Assembly: GCA_040255345.1 (NCBI GenBank)
Contig: JBDZUV010000001.1
Coordinates: forward strand, 920-64,919
DNA length: 64,000 bases
Direction: 5' to 3'
DNA from: Actinomycetota bacterium
Lineage (GTDB): Bacteria > Actinomycetota > Acidimicrobiia > Acidimicrobiales > Iamiaceae
Notes under the pieces: model-generated
The model's database searches: none
Told to the model about the DNA's origin: nothing
Seen by the model: only the letters and a program-made list of their open reading frames with translations
Program-made: the position numbers and the translations under genes
Shown: in pieces, positions 1 to 9,310 of the stretch
How the letters are laid out: every line of letters begins with the position of its first letter
Numbering within the stretch: the stretch's first letter is position 1

Positions 1-1868
1 TGACCGAGCGACACCTGCAACAACAGCTTCTCCAGCGACACACCCCGCTTGCGTTCCAGCGGGGTAGCTTCGATCAGCTTGGTCTCGGTCACCCCGACCG
101 CGTCGACGAGCACAAACCGGTCTTTGTGCGCGGCGTCGGGCGTGACGGCTTTGAGGTCGTCGTCGGAGATCGTGCGCACCCCACGGCCCTTCATCTGCTC
201 GAAGAAGTTCCGGGAGCGGACCATGCGCATGAACACCACCATCTCGATGGGTTTCACGTCGGTGCCGGTCGCGATCATGTCGACGGTCACTGCGATGCGC
301 GGGTTGTAGCTGGTGCGGAAGGCCTTGAGCAGCTCCTTGGGCTTGTGCCCGTCAGAGGACTTGTAGGTGATCTTGGCGATCACGTCGTTGCCTTTGGCGA
401 ACTCCTCGCGCACGATGCGCGTGATGTCCTCGGCGTGGGAATCGTCTTTTGCGAAGATCAACGTCTTGGGGATGTGGGTCAGACGCCCGTGGTCGTCGGT
501 CTCACGATCGGGGAACATCGCGGGCAGGTGGTCGCGCACGGCGCGCACCACCGTGCGGATCTGATCCTTCGCCACAACCTTTTTGTCGAGCTCGTTTGCG
601 GCGTAGGTGAGATCCTCATCGACTTCTTCGAGGCGCACCTCACGGGTCTCGCGATCACGGAACGACGTGACGTAGCCGGCCTCGATCGTCGAACCCGCCT
701 CGCTGATCGCGGTTGACAGACGGAACACGTCGAAGTCGACGTTCACGCCATCGGCGACCGCCTCGGGAAAGCCGTACTCCATCACCAGGTTCTTGTTGAA
801 GAACCCGAAGGTCTGCGTACCCGGAGTGGCCGTGAGCCCGACGAGGAATGCGTCGAAGTACTCGAGCACCTGGCGCCACACCCCGTAGATCGACCGGTGG
901 CACTCGTCGACGATGATCACGTCGAACGCTTCGATCGGCAGGCCCGGCTGGTAATCGACCTCGACGGGGCGACTCGGCGCGGCGTCGAACCCTGATGCCT
1001 CATCGGCGGACTCGTCGAGCTCGGCGTCGCCGCGCAGCATCGAATACACGCGCTGGATCGTGCCGATGCACACCGCCGCGACCGGGTCGACCACGTTGCT
1101 GGTCAGGTGCTGCACGTTGTACAGATCGGTGAACTTGTGACCCGACCCGGGCACCTCGAACCCCTGGAACTCCTTCAAGGTCTGCTCGCCCAGGTTCGCC
1201 CGGTCGACCAAGAACAAGATGCGCTTTGCCTGGCCGTGACGGATCAACCGCTCACAGATGTTCGCCGCTGCGAACGTCTTGCCCGACCCGGTCGCCATCT
1301 GGATCAGTGCTCGGCTGTGGTTGTCTCGCAGCGACTGTTCCAGGTTGGTGATCGCACGGAACTGGGCGTCACGCAGCCGACCCGGGTCTTCTTCGAGGAT
1401 CGGCATGTCGCCCAAGCGCGCCCGCAGCGTGCCGCCGCCGTGGTTGGCGTGGTCTTCGATCTGCCACTCGAGCGTTTCGGGCCGATGGAACCAGAACACT
1501 TGGCGAGAAGTGGGCTCAGGGTCCATCTGACACGTGAACCACGTCTCTGACCCGGTCGACTCATAGCCGTAGGGCAGGCGATTGTTGATCAGGTGCGCGG
1601 GGAGCGCGTCGGGGACGTTGGCCTGGTACTTCACCGTCTGGGACTCCACCCCCGCTAGGGCCATGCCTTTCTTCTTGGCCTCTATCACCCCGACCGCTTG
1701 GCGATTCATGAACAGCACGTAGTCCGCCGGCCCAGCGTCGGTCACCAACTCACGCACCGCAACGCCCTTGCCCGCGTACAGGTTCACCGATGAGTAGTCC
1801 TGGAGCACCCAACCGGCGGCCACGAGCATCTCGTCGATCCGCTTCCGAGCCTCCTGCTCAGGAAGCAT
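1..1868 (-). CDS. hsdR: Type I restriction enzyme R-subunit-like DEAD/DEAH helicase, N-terminal ~620 aa; gene continues past the left window edge
   Basis: Absent from ORF track (no stop in window). Own translation of the minus strand from ATG (1868-1866) gives MLPEQEARKRIDEMLVAAGWVLQDY (HsdR N-terminal-domain style). Helicase motif I MATGSGKT (1298-1275), motif II IIVDECHRS (around 900-925) and motif III GLTATP are all in one frame that stays open to position 3. Confidence 0.8.
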   Translation of the reverse strand, partial: MLPEQEARKRIDEMLVAAGWVLQDYSSVNLYAGKGVAVRELVTDAGPADYVLFMNRQAVGVIEAKKKGMALAGVESQTVKYQANVPDALPAHLINNRLPYGYESTGSETWFTCQMDPEPTSRQVFWFHRPETLEWQIEDHANHGGGTLRARLGDMPILEEDPGRLRDAQFRAITNLEQSLRDNHSRALIQMATGSGKTFAAANICERLIRHGQAKRILFLVDRANLGEQTLKEFQGFEVPGSGHKFTDLYNVQHLTSNVVDPVAAVCIGTIQRVYSMLRGDAELDESADEASGFDAAPSRPVEVDYQPGLPIEAFDVIIVDECHRSIYGVWRQVLEYFDAFLVGLTATPGTQTFGFFNKNLVMEYGFPEAVADGVNVDFDVFRLSTAISEAGSTIEAGYVTSFRDRETREVRLEEVDEDLTYAANELDKKVVAKDQIRTVVRAVRDHLPAMFPDRETDDHGRLTHIPKTLIFAKDDSHAEDITRIVREEFAKGNDVIAKITYKSSDGHKPKELLKAFRTSYNPRIAVTVDMIATGTDVKPIEMVVFMRMVRSRNFFEQMKGRGVRTISDDDLKAVTPDAAHKDRFVLVDAVGVTETKLIEATPLERKRGVSLEKLLLQVSLG

Positions 1869-2066
1869 GTTGGGGTCCCCTGCCTCGCTCACAACTTGAA
1901 GGCTAGGAGAAGCTGCAGGCTCCGACAGGAGCGCAGGCCGCGTCTGCGGTCCTTCGGGTCCCAAGCCGACGGGATCTGGTCAGCGCGATCGGTCGTCTCC
2001 GACGGCGGGGTGGAAACGCTCGCCAGGTAGTGGTTCGCATACCTGCGTGGAATATTCGCGGGATAT

Positions 2067-2106
2067 GACGAAAACGAGAAAGCTCCTCGGCGCGGGACCG
2101 AGGGGC
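2067..2106 (-). terminator. Possible intrinsic terminator downstream of tRNA-Pro
   Basis: Minus-strand RNA would form CCUCGG-N7-CCGAGG (2085-2103) followed by U-rich CUUUCUCGUUUUCG, about 30 nt after the tRNA 3' end. The stem is only 6 bp, so this is tentative. Confidence 0.35.
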
Positions 2107-2135
2107 TTGTCTGTTGGTATTGCTGGTGCTTGTGG

Positions 2136-2213
2136 TGGTCGGGCTGGCGGGATTCGAACCCACGACCTTCGGTCCCCCAGACCGACGCGCTAACCAAGCT
2201 GCGCCACAGCCCG
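2136..2213 (-). tRNA. tRNA-Pro (anticodon GGG), CCA encoded
   Basis: Reverse complement reads CGGGCTG-TG-GCGC-AGCTTGGTTA-GCGC-G-TCGGT-CTGGGGG-ACCGA-AGGTC-GTGGG-TTCGAAT-CCCGC-CAGCCCG-A-CCA. This is a full cloverleaf with a GTTCGAATC T-loop, and the anticodon loop CT-GGG-GG gives GGG. Confidence 0.95.
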
Positions 2214-2276
2214 TGTGTGACCTGCGAAGTCTACTCGGCCGACGCTGATCGACCGAAGCGGGCGCCGACCGCCGGC

Positions 2277-2597
2277 TCAGAGCTTCTGCGCGACCCACAG
2301 GACGCCCTGGACGAGCCTCCATCCGAGGTAGATCACCAGGGCGACGAGCAGCACCTTGAAATGCCACGGGGTCGACTGGTCGACCTCGTCACCGGCCTGG
2401 CCGGCGACCGGCGTGCCCTGGGGGCGCCCGGACCGGACCGCCAACGCGTCGGCGGAACTCCCGCGTCCTTTCCGGGCCCGTTCGAGGTTTCGGGGCGTGA
2501 TGATCGGCGCCCCACAACTCGGGCAGCGCCCGTCGTCCTGCACGGTGTTCGGGCTCAGGAACCGGTCACAGTCATCGCACCAGGGCACGACGCTCAC
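2277..2597 (-). CDS. Small zinc-ribbon protein with C-terminal transmembrane helix (hypothetical)
   Basis: C-terminal part of track ORF 2277..3224. GTG at 2597 overlaps the HMG-CoA lyase stop as GTGA. VSVVPWCDDCDRFLSPNTVQDDGRCPSCGAP carries CxxC...CxxC, followed by the hydrophobic helix FKVLLVALVIYLGWRLV. No family name recognised. Confidence 0.6.
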   Translation of the reverse strand: MSVVPWCDDCDRFLSPNTVQDDGRCPSCGAPIITPRNLERARKGRGSSADALAVRSGRPQGTPVAGQAGDEVDQSTPWHFKVLLVALVIYLGWRLVQGVLWVAQKL

Positions 2598-3550
2598 TCC
2601 CCCGTCGTGACGAGCCGGTCGCGTGGGCCCACCGCGGCGACCGTGCTCGGCACGTCGTGGCCGACCAGTTCGGCGGCGATGTGCGCGGCGTCGATCAGGC
2701 CGTCGACGTCGATGCCGGTGACCACGCCGACGTCGTCGAGGACGGCGACGAACTCTTCGGTCGCGAGGTTGCCGGCCGCTCCGGGCGCGAACGGTGAACC
2801 GCCGAGGCCGCCGACCGAGGTGTCGAACCGGCGCACCCCGAGTCGCAGAGCGGCCCACGCGTTCAACAAACCGGTGCCTCTCGTCTGATGCAGGTGCAGG
2901 CCGATTGCGTGTCCGGTCTCGTCGATGAGTTCCGCGACCCGGCGAGGCGTCGCCATGCCCGTGGTGTCGGCATAGGTGACCGCGGTGCAGCCACGGTCGA
3001 GGAGTCGATCGCCGAGGGTCGCCACCTGGGCCGGGTCGAGGTCGCCCTCGAAGGGGGAACCGAACGCGCAACTCACGACCGCGTCGACGGGTACGTCGCA
3101 GGCCGTGGCGAGCCGGGTGATCCCGGCGACCTCGTCGAGAGATTCGGCGATCGAACGGTTCACGTTGTGCTGGTTGTAGGCCTCCGACGCGGAGATGGTG
3201 AGGGTCAACTCGTCGATCTCGCACTCGAGCGCGTCCTGTGCGCCACGCAGGTTCGGGACGAGGACGGTCACGGTGGCGTCGTCGGGCCGGCGGATCGCGG
3301 AGAGAACTGTGGCCGGGTCGGCCATCGCTGGGACGGCCTTGGGAGAGACGAACGAAGCGACCTCGACGTGGCGGACCCCGGCGGCGAACAATGCGTCGAC
3401 GAGTCGTGCACGATCGGCGGCGTGAACGGGCCGTTCGGGTTGCAGCCCGTCTCTCGGTCCGACGTCGCGGATGACGACTCGTTCACCGCGCAGATCGAGC
3501 GGGTCCGAAACCATGGCTCCATCGTGCCCGCATACCGGGCTGATCCCCAC
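2594..3550 (-). CDS. Hydroxymethylglutaryl-CoA lyase (HMGL-like aldolase)
   Basis: Track ORF. Motifs RDVGPRDGLQ, VEVASFVSPKAVP, DTTGMATP and HLHQTRGTGL are typical of HMG-CoA lyase. The start is either GTG 3550 or ATG 3514 (MVSDP...) and is unresolved. Confidence 0.85.
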   Translation of the reverse strand: MGISPVCGHDGAMVSDPLDLRGERVVIRDVGPRDGLQPERPVHAADRARLVDALFAAGVRHVEVASFVSPKAVPAMADPATVLSAIRRPDDATVTVLVPNLRGAQDALECEIDELTLTISASEAYNQHNVNRSIAESLDEVAGITRLATACDVPVDAVVSCAFGSPFEGDLDPAQVATLGDRLLDRGCTAVTYADTTGMATPRRVAELIDETGHAIGLHLHQTRGTGLLNAWAALRLGVRRFDTSVGGLGGSPFAPGAAGNLATEEFVAVLDDVGVVTGIDVDGLIDAAHIAAELVGHDVPSTVAAVGPRDRLVTTGE

Positions 3551-3583
3551 ATCGAAACCCGGACGTCTTTCGACGGTGGCAGA

Positions 3584-5131
3584 TCAGACCGGTGGGACGC
3601 CGTGGCGACGATCCGAGAACTCTCGTCGTTTGCCTCGGGCCAGCGCGAACCGTTTGATCAGCTCGCCACGAAGGTCACCCGGTTGGACGACCGCGTCGAC
3701 GATCAGTTCACTGGCGATCCGCAGCAGATTCACGTCTTCGGAGTAGATCTCGCGTTGCTGCGCGATGAACGCTTCACGTTCGCTGTCGTCGTCGAACGCG
3801 GCGATGCGGTTCGCGAACACGGCGTTCACGGCGGCTTCGGGGCCCATCACGGCGATCTGGGCGGTGGGCAACGCCAGGGTGGCCTCCGGCGCGAACGCCG
3901 GTCCTGACATGGCATAGAGACCCGCCCCGTACGCCTTGCGTACCACCACGCAGATCTTGGGGACCGTCGCCTCGGACACCGCGGTGACCATCTTCGCGCC
4001 GTGCCGGATGATCCCCTGGGCCTCGACCTGGGTGCCGATCATGAATCCCGGCACGTCGGTCAGGAAGACCAGCGGGATACCGAATGCGTCGCAACACCAG
4101 ACGAACCGGGCCGCCTTGTCGGCCGAATCGACGAACAGGACCCCGCCCTTGACCGCCGGGTTGTTGGCGACGATGCCGACCGGACGGCCGTCGAGTCGCC
4201 CGAGGCCGCACACCAGCTCGGGGGCGAACAGCGGCTTGATCTCGAAGAAGCTCATCCCATCGACGAGTGCGTCGATCACGTCGTGGGTGTCGTATCCGGC
4301 GGTGTCCTCCGCGGGCACGAGATCGTCGGTGAAATCACGTGCGGGTCCATCCGCGGCATACACGGGAGGGTCTTCTCGCCAGTGGGTCGGAAAGTAGCTG
4401 AACCAGGCCCGTGCCTGGTCGATGGCGTCGGCGTCGTCGACCGCGAGGTTGTCGCCACAACCCGACACCGTCGCGTGCAGGCGGGCGCCACCCATGGCTT
4501 CCAGGGTGGTGTGCTCCCCGATCACCATCTCGGCCATCCGTGGCGACCCGAGGTACATCGACGCGTTGTGTTCGACCATGATCACGATGTCACAGAAGCT
4601 GGGGATGTAGGCCCCCCCGGCGGCAGACGGCCCAAACAGGCAACAGATCTGGGGAACCCGGCCCGACAGGCGTACCTGGTTGTAGAAGATGTGTCCGGCG
4701 CCGCGTCGTCCGGGGAACAACTGCACCTGGTCGGTGATGCGGGCCCCGGCCGAATCGATGAGCCAGAAGATCGGCAGGTCGTGGTCCAGGGCGTATTCGG
4801 TGGCGCGCACCATCTTCTCGACCGTCCGTGCGCCCCAGGACCCCGCTTTCACAGTCGGGTCGTTCGCGACAACCACGGCGGGTCGTCCGTCGACGCGACC
4901 GACGCCGGTGACGACTCCGTCCGCGGGCAGATCGGTCGCGGTTGCGTTCGCGAGCAGACCGTCCTCGACGAAACTGTCCGCATCACAGAGCAGCGCGATG
5001 CGGTCGCGCACGAAGAGCTTGTGCTGCGCGGCCAACTTCTCGGCGCCTCGAGCGAGGTTGCCCTCGGGTGAGCGTCGCAGCGCGGCGCTGAGAGGGTCGT
5101 CCACTACGGTCTCGTCGGTCTCTGCGGTCAT
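3584..5131 (-). CDS. Acyl-CoA carboxylase carboxyltransferase (beta) subunit, probably methylcrotonyl-CoA carboxylase beta
   Basis: Track ORF 3584..5344 trimmed to ATG 5131 (MTAETDETVV...); the upstream 71 codons are Arg/Ser/Cys-rich and look non-coding. The protein has two carboxyltransferase halves (GGARL..., PSAAGGAYIPSF, RKAYGAGLYAM). Adjacency to HMG-CoA lyase suggests leucine catabolism. Confidence 0.85.
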   Translation of the reverse strand: MTAETDETVVDDPLSAALRRSPEGNLARGAEKLAAQHKLFVRDRIALLCDADSFVEDGLLANATATDLPADGVVTGVGRVDGRPAVVVANDPTVKAGSWGARTVEKMVRATEYALDHDLPIFWLIDSAGARITDQVQLFPGRRGAGHIFYNQVRLSGRVPQICCLFGPSAAGGAYIPSFCDIVIMVEHNASMYLGSPRMAEMVIGEHTTLEAMGGARLHATVSGCGDNLAVDDADAIDQARAWFSYFPTHWREDPPVYAADGPARDFTDDLVPAEDTAGYDTHDVIDALVDGMSFFEIKPLFAPELVCGLGRLDGRPVGIVANNPAVKGGVLFVDSADKAARFVWCCDAFGIPLVFLTDVPGFMIGTQVEAQGIIRHGAKMVTAVSEATVPKICVVVRKAYGAGLYAMSGPAFAPEATLALPTAQIAVMGPEAAVNAVFANRIAAFDDDSEREAFIAQQREIYSEDVNLLRIASELIVDAVVQPGDLRGELIKRFALARGKRREFSDRRHGVPPV

Positions 5132-5180
5132 CGGACCTGAGATTAGGAGACGCGCCGACGCAGCCTGTGTGCTGTCGACT

Positions 5181-6260
5181 TCAGCTCCGACGTACCGCGA
5201 GGATCGCGACGTCGTCGGTGAGGCCCGTCTGTGCGAAGTCCCGGGCAGATTCCAACAACGACTTGCACAACACGCCCGGATCCGCGCCCGGATCGCGCCG
5301 CAGGATGTTCGCGACCCGCTCCTCGCCGAACAGATTCTCACCATGGCGGGCCTCGGCCAGGCCGTCGGTGTACATCAACACCAGATCGCCTTCGTCCAGG
5401 GGGATCTCCCGGCTGGTGTAGCTGCCTTCGGGGTCGAGCATCAACAGGGGCCCGGTGGCACGGAGCGCCCTGACCTCACGGTCGTGCCACAGCCACGCGG
5501 CCGGGTGACCCGCCGAGGCGTACCGCAGGGTCGCCGCGGCGGTGTCGAACACGACCACGACGAGCGAGATGAACTCCTCGGCCCGTTCCATCGTGGCGAT
5601 CTGCCGGTTCAGTTCCTCGAGCGCCTGGGCGGGATCGCGGTACTGACGCAGGTACACCCGCAGCAGGTACTTCGCCTGGAAGGCCGTGATCGACGCCTCG
5701 ATGCCGTGCCCGGTGACGTCGCCGATGACCGCGGCGACGCGGTTGGGTGCGAGACGGAACACGTCGTAGAAGTCACCGGCCATCATGCCGGTGCCCGCCT
5801 GGTAGACGCGCCCCAGGTCGAAGCCGGTCAGATCGGGAAGCTCCTCGGGGGCCAGGCGCGCGGCCCACGCCTTGGGGGCGAGTTGTTCCTGGGTGAGGAC
5901 CTCCACGGCACGGCGTTCGATCGTGAATCGTTCCGCCGACAGCCGGATCGCCCGGAGGAAGTCCTTGGAGAACGCCAGGGACAGTCCCACCGGGATCAGT
6001 ACCAGGGAGAGTGCGTAGATCGCATTGCGGGTCTTGAGCACCAGCCCGATGCCCGTCGCAACGAGCAACGCGAGATACACCGAGGTCGCGTGGACCTCCT
6101 TGCGGAACGAGGTGCGGGCGAGCACCGCCGCGTCGGATCGGGCACCGAACTCCCGCTCGGCTCGTCGCCACGCGCGGCGATGGGCCACCGCGGAGCGGAT
6201 CCAGAACGTCGTGGCCACCAGACACGCGGCGGCGACGACCGACAAGACGACGATACCCAT
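5181..6260 (-). CDS. Membrane-anchored PP2C/SpoIIE-family serine/threonine phosphatase
   Basis: Track ORF. It has N-terminal hydrophobic segments followed by GDFYDV, GDVTGHGIEAS and LVLMYTDGLAEAR (RsbU/SpoIIE-type PP2C motifs). Confidence 0.85.
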   Translation of the reverse strand: MGIVVLSVVAAACLVATTFWIRSAVAHRRAWRRAEREFGARSDAAVLARTSFRKEVHATSVYLALLVATGIGLVLKTRNAIYALSLVLIPVGLSLAFSKDFLRAIRLSAERFTIERRAVEVLTQEQLAPKAWAARLAPEELPDLTGFDLGRVYQAGTGMMAGDFYDVFRLAPNRVAAVIGDVTGHGIEASITAFQAKYLLRVYLRQYRDPAQALEELNRQIATMERAEEFISLVVVVFDTAAATLRYASAGHPAAWLWHDREVRALRATGPLLMLDPEGSYTSREIPLDEGDLVLMYTDGLAEARHGENLFGEERVANILRRDPGADPGVLCKSLLESARDFAQTGLTDDVAILAVRRS

Positions 6261-6356
6261 GGCCGCGCGATCGTACCCGGCGAGAGGGGTCCCATGGCAG
6301 GGTCGATGCTCCCTGCGACGGAACCGTCCCGTTCCGGTGAACCAGCGAGACGGACC

Positions 6357-7835
6357 TCAGCCGAGCCAGTCGGCCTCTGCCCGACCCAGTTCGGTCGCCG
6401 GTCCGGTACCCGAACCGTCGGCCCAGGTGACGATGTCGGCCAGGATCGCGTGCCAGTTCGCAGTGGCGTCGAGGTCGGCGAACAACGCGTACAGGCCGAG
6501 GTTGATGCGCTGGATCAACAGGAAGCTGGGTGGGACGTTGATCTGCCGTTGCACATCGGCGAAGGGGCCGTCGGTGTCGAACATCCGACTGACCAGCCCG
6601 GCCGCGAATTCCCTGGTGACCTTCGTCGGCTCATCGCGCAGCAGATGCTCGTAGAATCCCGAGAAGTACTCGAACAGGCGCTCGTCGCTCAGCGGCGCGT
6701 CGGCGCCGACGACGCCCGCTTCGACGAGCAACCTCCTGAACGCGGCCAGGTCGCCGTCGTCGACCATCGTGCGGTGCATCGCCGCGAACAGACCGATCTC
6801 GGCGGGCGTGAAGTGCTTGACGAGCCCGTAGTCGAGAAAGGCGACCCGGCCGTCGTCGAGGATCAGATAGTTGCCCGGGTGCGGGTCACCGTTGAACGAA
6901 CCCATGCAGTACAGCGACCGCATCACGTACCGGAAGATCGCCTCGGCCACATGGTCGCGCGTCGCCTGGGTGTCGGCCGCCAGGTCGGCGAAGCGGCGAC
7001 CCACCAACAACTCACTGGTCAGGACCCGCTCGTTCGACAACTCGTCGACGACGTCGGGTACCACGATGAAGGGGTGGTCACGGTACGCGTCGGCGAAACG
7101 CTTCTGGTTGGCGGCCTCGTTCACATAGTCGAGTTCCTCGGCGAGCCGGGTGCGCAGCTCGGTGACGAGTGGCGCGACCTCGAGCGAGGGAAACAGCATC
7201 CGCAGCGCGGTGAAGAGCACGTCGGTGTGTTCGAGGTCTTCGGCCATCGCCTCGGCGATGCCGGGGTACTGCACCTTGACCGCCACCGCTCGTCCGTCTC
7301 GGGTGATCGCCCGGTGCACCTGACCGATCGACGCCGCGGCGATCGCCTCGGGGTCCCATTCGGTGAACGACTCGGCTACGTCCGCGCCGAGCGCCTCCTC
7401 CAGGGTCTCGGTCGCCAACTCGGGAGCCATGGGCGGGGCGGCGGCCTGCAGGGTCGCGAGCATCGTCCGCATCTCTTCGGGCAGTCCCAGATCGAGATAG
7501 CTCGCCATCTGGCCGAGCTTCATCATGACGCCCTTGAGGTTGCCGAGGGTCTCGGTGACCTCCTCGGCGCTGTGCAGCAGAAATGCCTCGTCGAGGCGTT
7601 CTCTACGAGCTGCGGAAGCGAACGTGCGCTGTGCCTGGTGGATGCCGTACGACACCCCGATCCGGCCCGCGGACCGGGCCATCTGGCCGGGTCGCCCCGC
7701 CGCGCCACCGGCGAGCACCGGTCCGGAACGGTCCGTTCGTGCACCACGGCGGCGCTTCCAGCGGCGAAGCGCGAGCAGCGTCGCGCTCCCGATCGCCGCA
7801 GTGGTGCCCACCACCGCTCCCGAAGGACGCTTCAT
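6357..7835 (-). CDS. ABC1/UbiB (AarF) family atypical protein kinase
   Basis: Track ORF 6357..8261 trimmed to ATG 7835 (MKRPSGAVV...), which overlaps the der stop as ATGA. Motifs seen are MKLGQMASY, VAVKVQYPGI and GDPHPGNYLI. Confidence 0.85.
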   Translation of the reverse strand: MKRPSGAVVGTTAAIGSATLLALRRWKRRRGARTDRSGPVLAGGAAGRPGQMARSAGRIGVSYGIHQAQRTFASAARRERLDEAFLLHSAEEVTETLGNLKGVMMKLGQMASYLDLGLPEEMRTMLATLQAAAPPMAPELATETLEEALGADVAESFTEWDPEAIAAASIGQVHRAITRDGRAVAVKVQYPGIAEAMAEDLEHTDVLFTALRMLFPSLEVAPLVTELRTRLAEELDYVNEAANQKRFADAYRDHPFIVVPDVVDELSNERVLTSELLVGRRFADLAADTQATRDHVAEAIFRYVMRSLYCMGSFNGDPHPGNYLILDDGRVAFLDYGLVKHFTPAEIGLFAAMHRTMVDDGDLAAFRRLLVEAGVVGADAPLSDERLFEYFSGFYEHLLRDEPTKVTREFAAGLVSRMFDTDGPFADVQRQINVPPSFLLIQRINLGLYALFADLDATANWHAILADIVTWADGSGTGPATELGRAEADWLG

Positions 7836-9220
7836 GATCGACGGCGGACCCGCAACTTCACCGGGGTCGATCCCAGACCGAGTTCGTCCCGCAGCGTGTT
7901 CTCCAGGTACCGCAGGTAGGTGCGGGGAAGTTCCCGGTTCGTGAACAACGTGAAGGTCGGTGGGTCGGTTGCCACCTGGGTCGCGTACAACACGCGGGCC
8001 CCCTGGGGCGCCGGATGTGCCGATTGTGCCGACGCCATGATCGCGTTGACCCGCCGGGTCGGCACCCGACTGCGGTACGCGGTCACCACGTCCGACAGTG
8101 CCGGGAGCAACTTCTGGACCCCTTTGCCCGTCAGGGCGCTGATCTTCAACACGACGCTGTCGCCCAGGAACGCGAGCCGTCGGCCCACTTGTGCGGTGAC
8201 ATCCAGGCGGCGCTCCGGGTCGAGCAGTTCCCATTTGTTGAGCACCACCACGATCGGACATCCCGCCGCGTCGACCCGCTCGGCGAGCCGCTGGTCCTGA
8301 TGGGTGATCCCCTCGGTCGCGTCGATGACCAACAGGGCGATGTCGGCGGTGTCGACCGAGGCGAGTGCCCGGATCGTCGAGAAGCGTTCGGTGCCGGCGT
8401 CGACCCTGCTGCGTCGACGCATGCCGGCGGTGTCCACGAAACGGATCGGACCGTCGTCGGTCTCCACCACGGTGTCGATCGAGTCCCTGGTCGTACCGGG
8501 TAGATCGTGGACCACCGATCGGTCTTCACCGATGAGACGGTTGAAAAGCGTGGACTTGCCGACGTTCGGGCGCCCGACCAGGGCCACCGCGAAGAGCCGT
8601 GCGGCCTCGTCGTCGCCGGAGGCCTCCCGGATCGACTGCTCGGAATCCTCCTCGGGAGTGGGTTCGACCGCCGGACCGAACGACGCCTCGAGTTCCTGGA
8701 CCACACGGTCCATCAGGTCGCCGGCATTGCGTCCGTGCAGGGCGCTGACCCCGACGGGCTCGCCGAAGCCCAGTGCCAGGAAATCCCAGATCATGCCTTC
8801 ATGGAGCGAATCGTCGACCTTGTTGGCCACGACGACGACCGGGCCGCCGCGCTGTCGGAGCAACTGGGCGATCTGGGCATCGTCGTCACCGGGGCCGAGG
8901 GTGGCGTCGACGACCAACAGCGCGAGATCGGCGTCTCCGATCGCCTGCTCGGACTGTTCGGAAACCTTGATGTCGAGCGCGTCACCGTGGCGCATCCAAC
9001 CACCGGTGTCGACCACCACGAAGGGATACCCGTTCCACTCGCAGGTGACTTCCTTGCGGTCGCGGGTGACCCCCGGGCGGGCCTCGACGATCGCTTCGCG
9101 ACGGCCGATCATCCGGTTCAAGAGCGTGGACTTGCCGACGTTGGGGCGACCGACGATCGCGACGATCGGGAGTCGCCGGGGATCGGATCGGTTGGTGACG
9201 GACATAGGTGGCGTCGGCAT
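7832..9220 (-). CDS. der: Ribosome-biogenesis GTPase Der (EngA)
   Basis: Track ORF. It has two tandem GTPase domains, each with GRPNVGKSTL and DTGG/DTAG motifs, plus a C-terminal KH-like domain. Confidence 0.95.
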   Translation of the reverse strand: MPTPPMSVTNRSDPRRLPIVAIVGRPNVGKSTLLNRMIGRREAIVEARPGVTRDRKEVTCEWNGYPFVVVDTGGWMRHGDALDIKVSEQSEQAIGDADLALLVVDATLGPGDDDAQIAQLLRQRGGPVVVVANKVDDSLHEGMIWDFLALGFGEPVGVSALHGRNAGDLMDRVVQELEASFGPAVEPTPEEDSEQSIREASGDDEAARLFAVALVGRPNVGKSTLFNRLIGEDRSVVHDLPGTTRDSIDTVVETDDGPIRFVDTAGMRRRSRVDAGTERFSTIRALASVDTADIALLVIDATEGITHQDQRLAERVDAAGCPIVVVLNKWELLDPERRLDVTAQVGRRLAFLGDSVVLKISALTGKGVQKLLPALSDVVTAYRSRVPTRRVNAIMASAQSAHPAPQGARVLYATQVATDPPTFTLFTNRELPRTYLRYLENTLRDELGLGSTPVKLRVRRRS

Positions 9221-9310
9221 CCCACGGGTGCGAAGGGCGAGGTGGACGATCTGACCACCGGACCCACAACGGTAGAGGTTCGGCGCACCGCGCCGGCCAA
9301 CGGGCTCCTG

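Noticed and set aside
4689-7919. Very long plus-strand ORF (1076 aa) in the track
   Set aside because: Arg/Gly/Pro/Val-rich with no recognisable motifs. It lies entirely antisense to the well-supported PP2C, ABC1-kinase and der genes. This is a typical stop-poor shadow frame in high-GC DNA.
7836-8261. 5' extension of the ABC1 kinase ORF into der
   Set aside because: It overlaps der out of frame. The internal ATG at 7835 forms a clean ATGA junction with the der stop.
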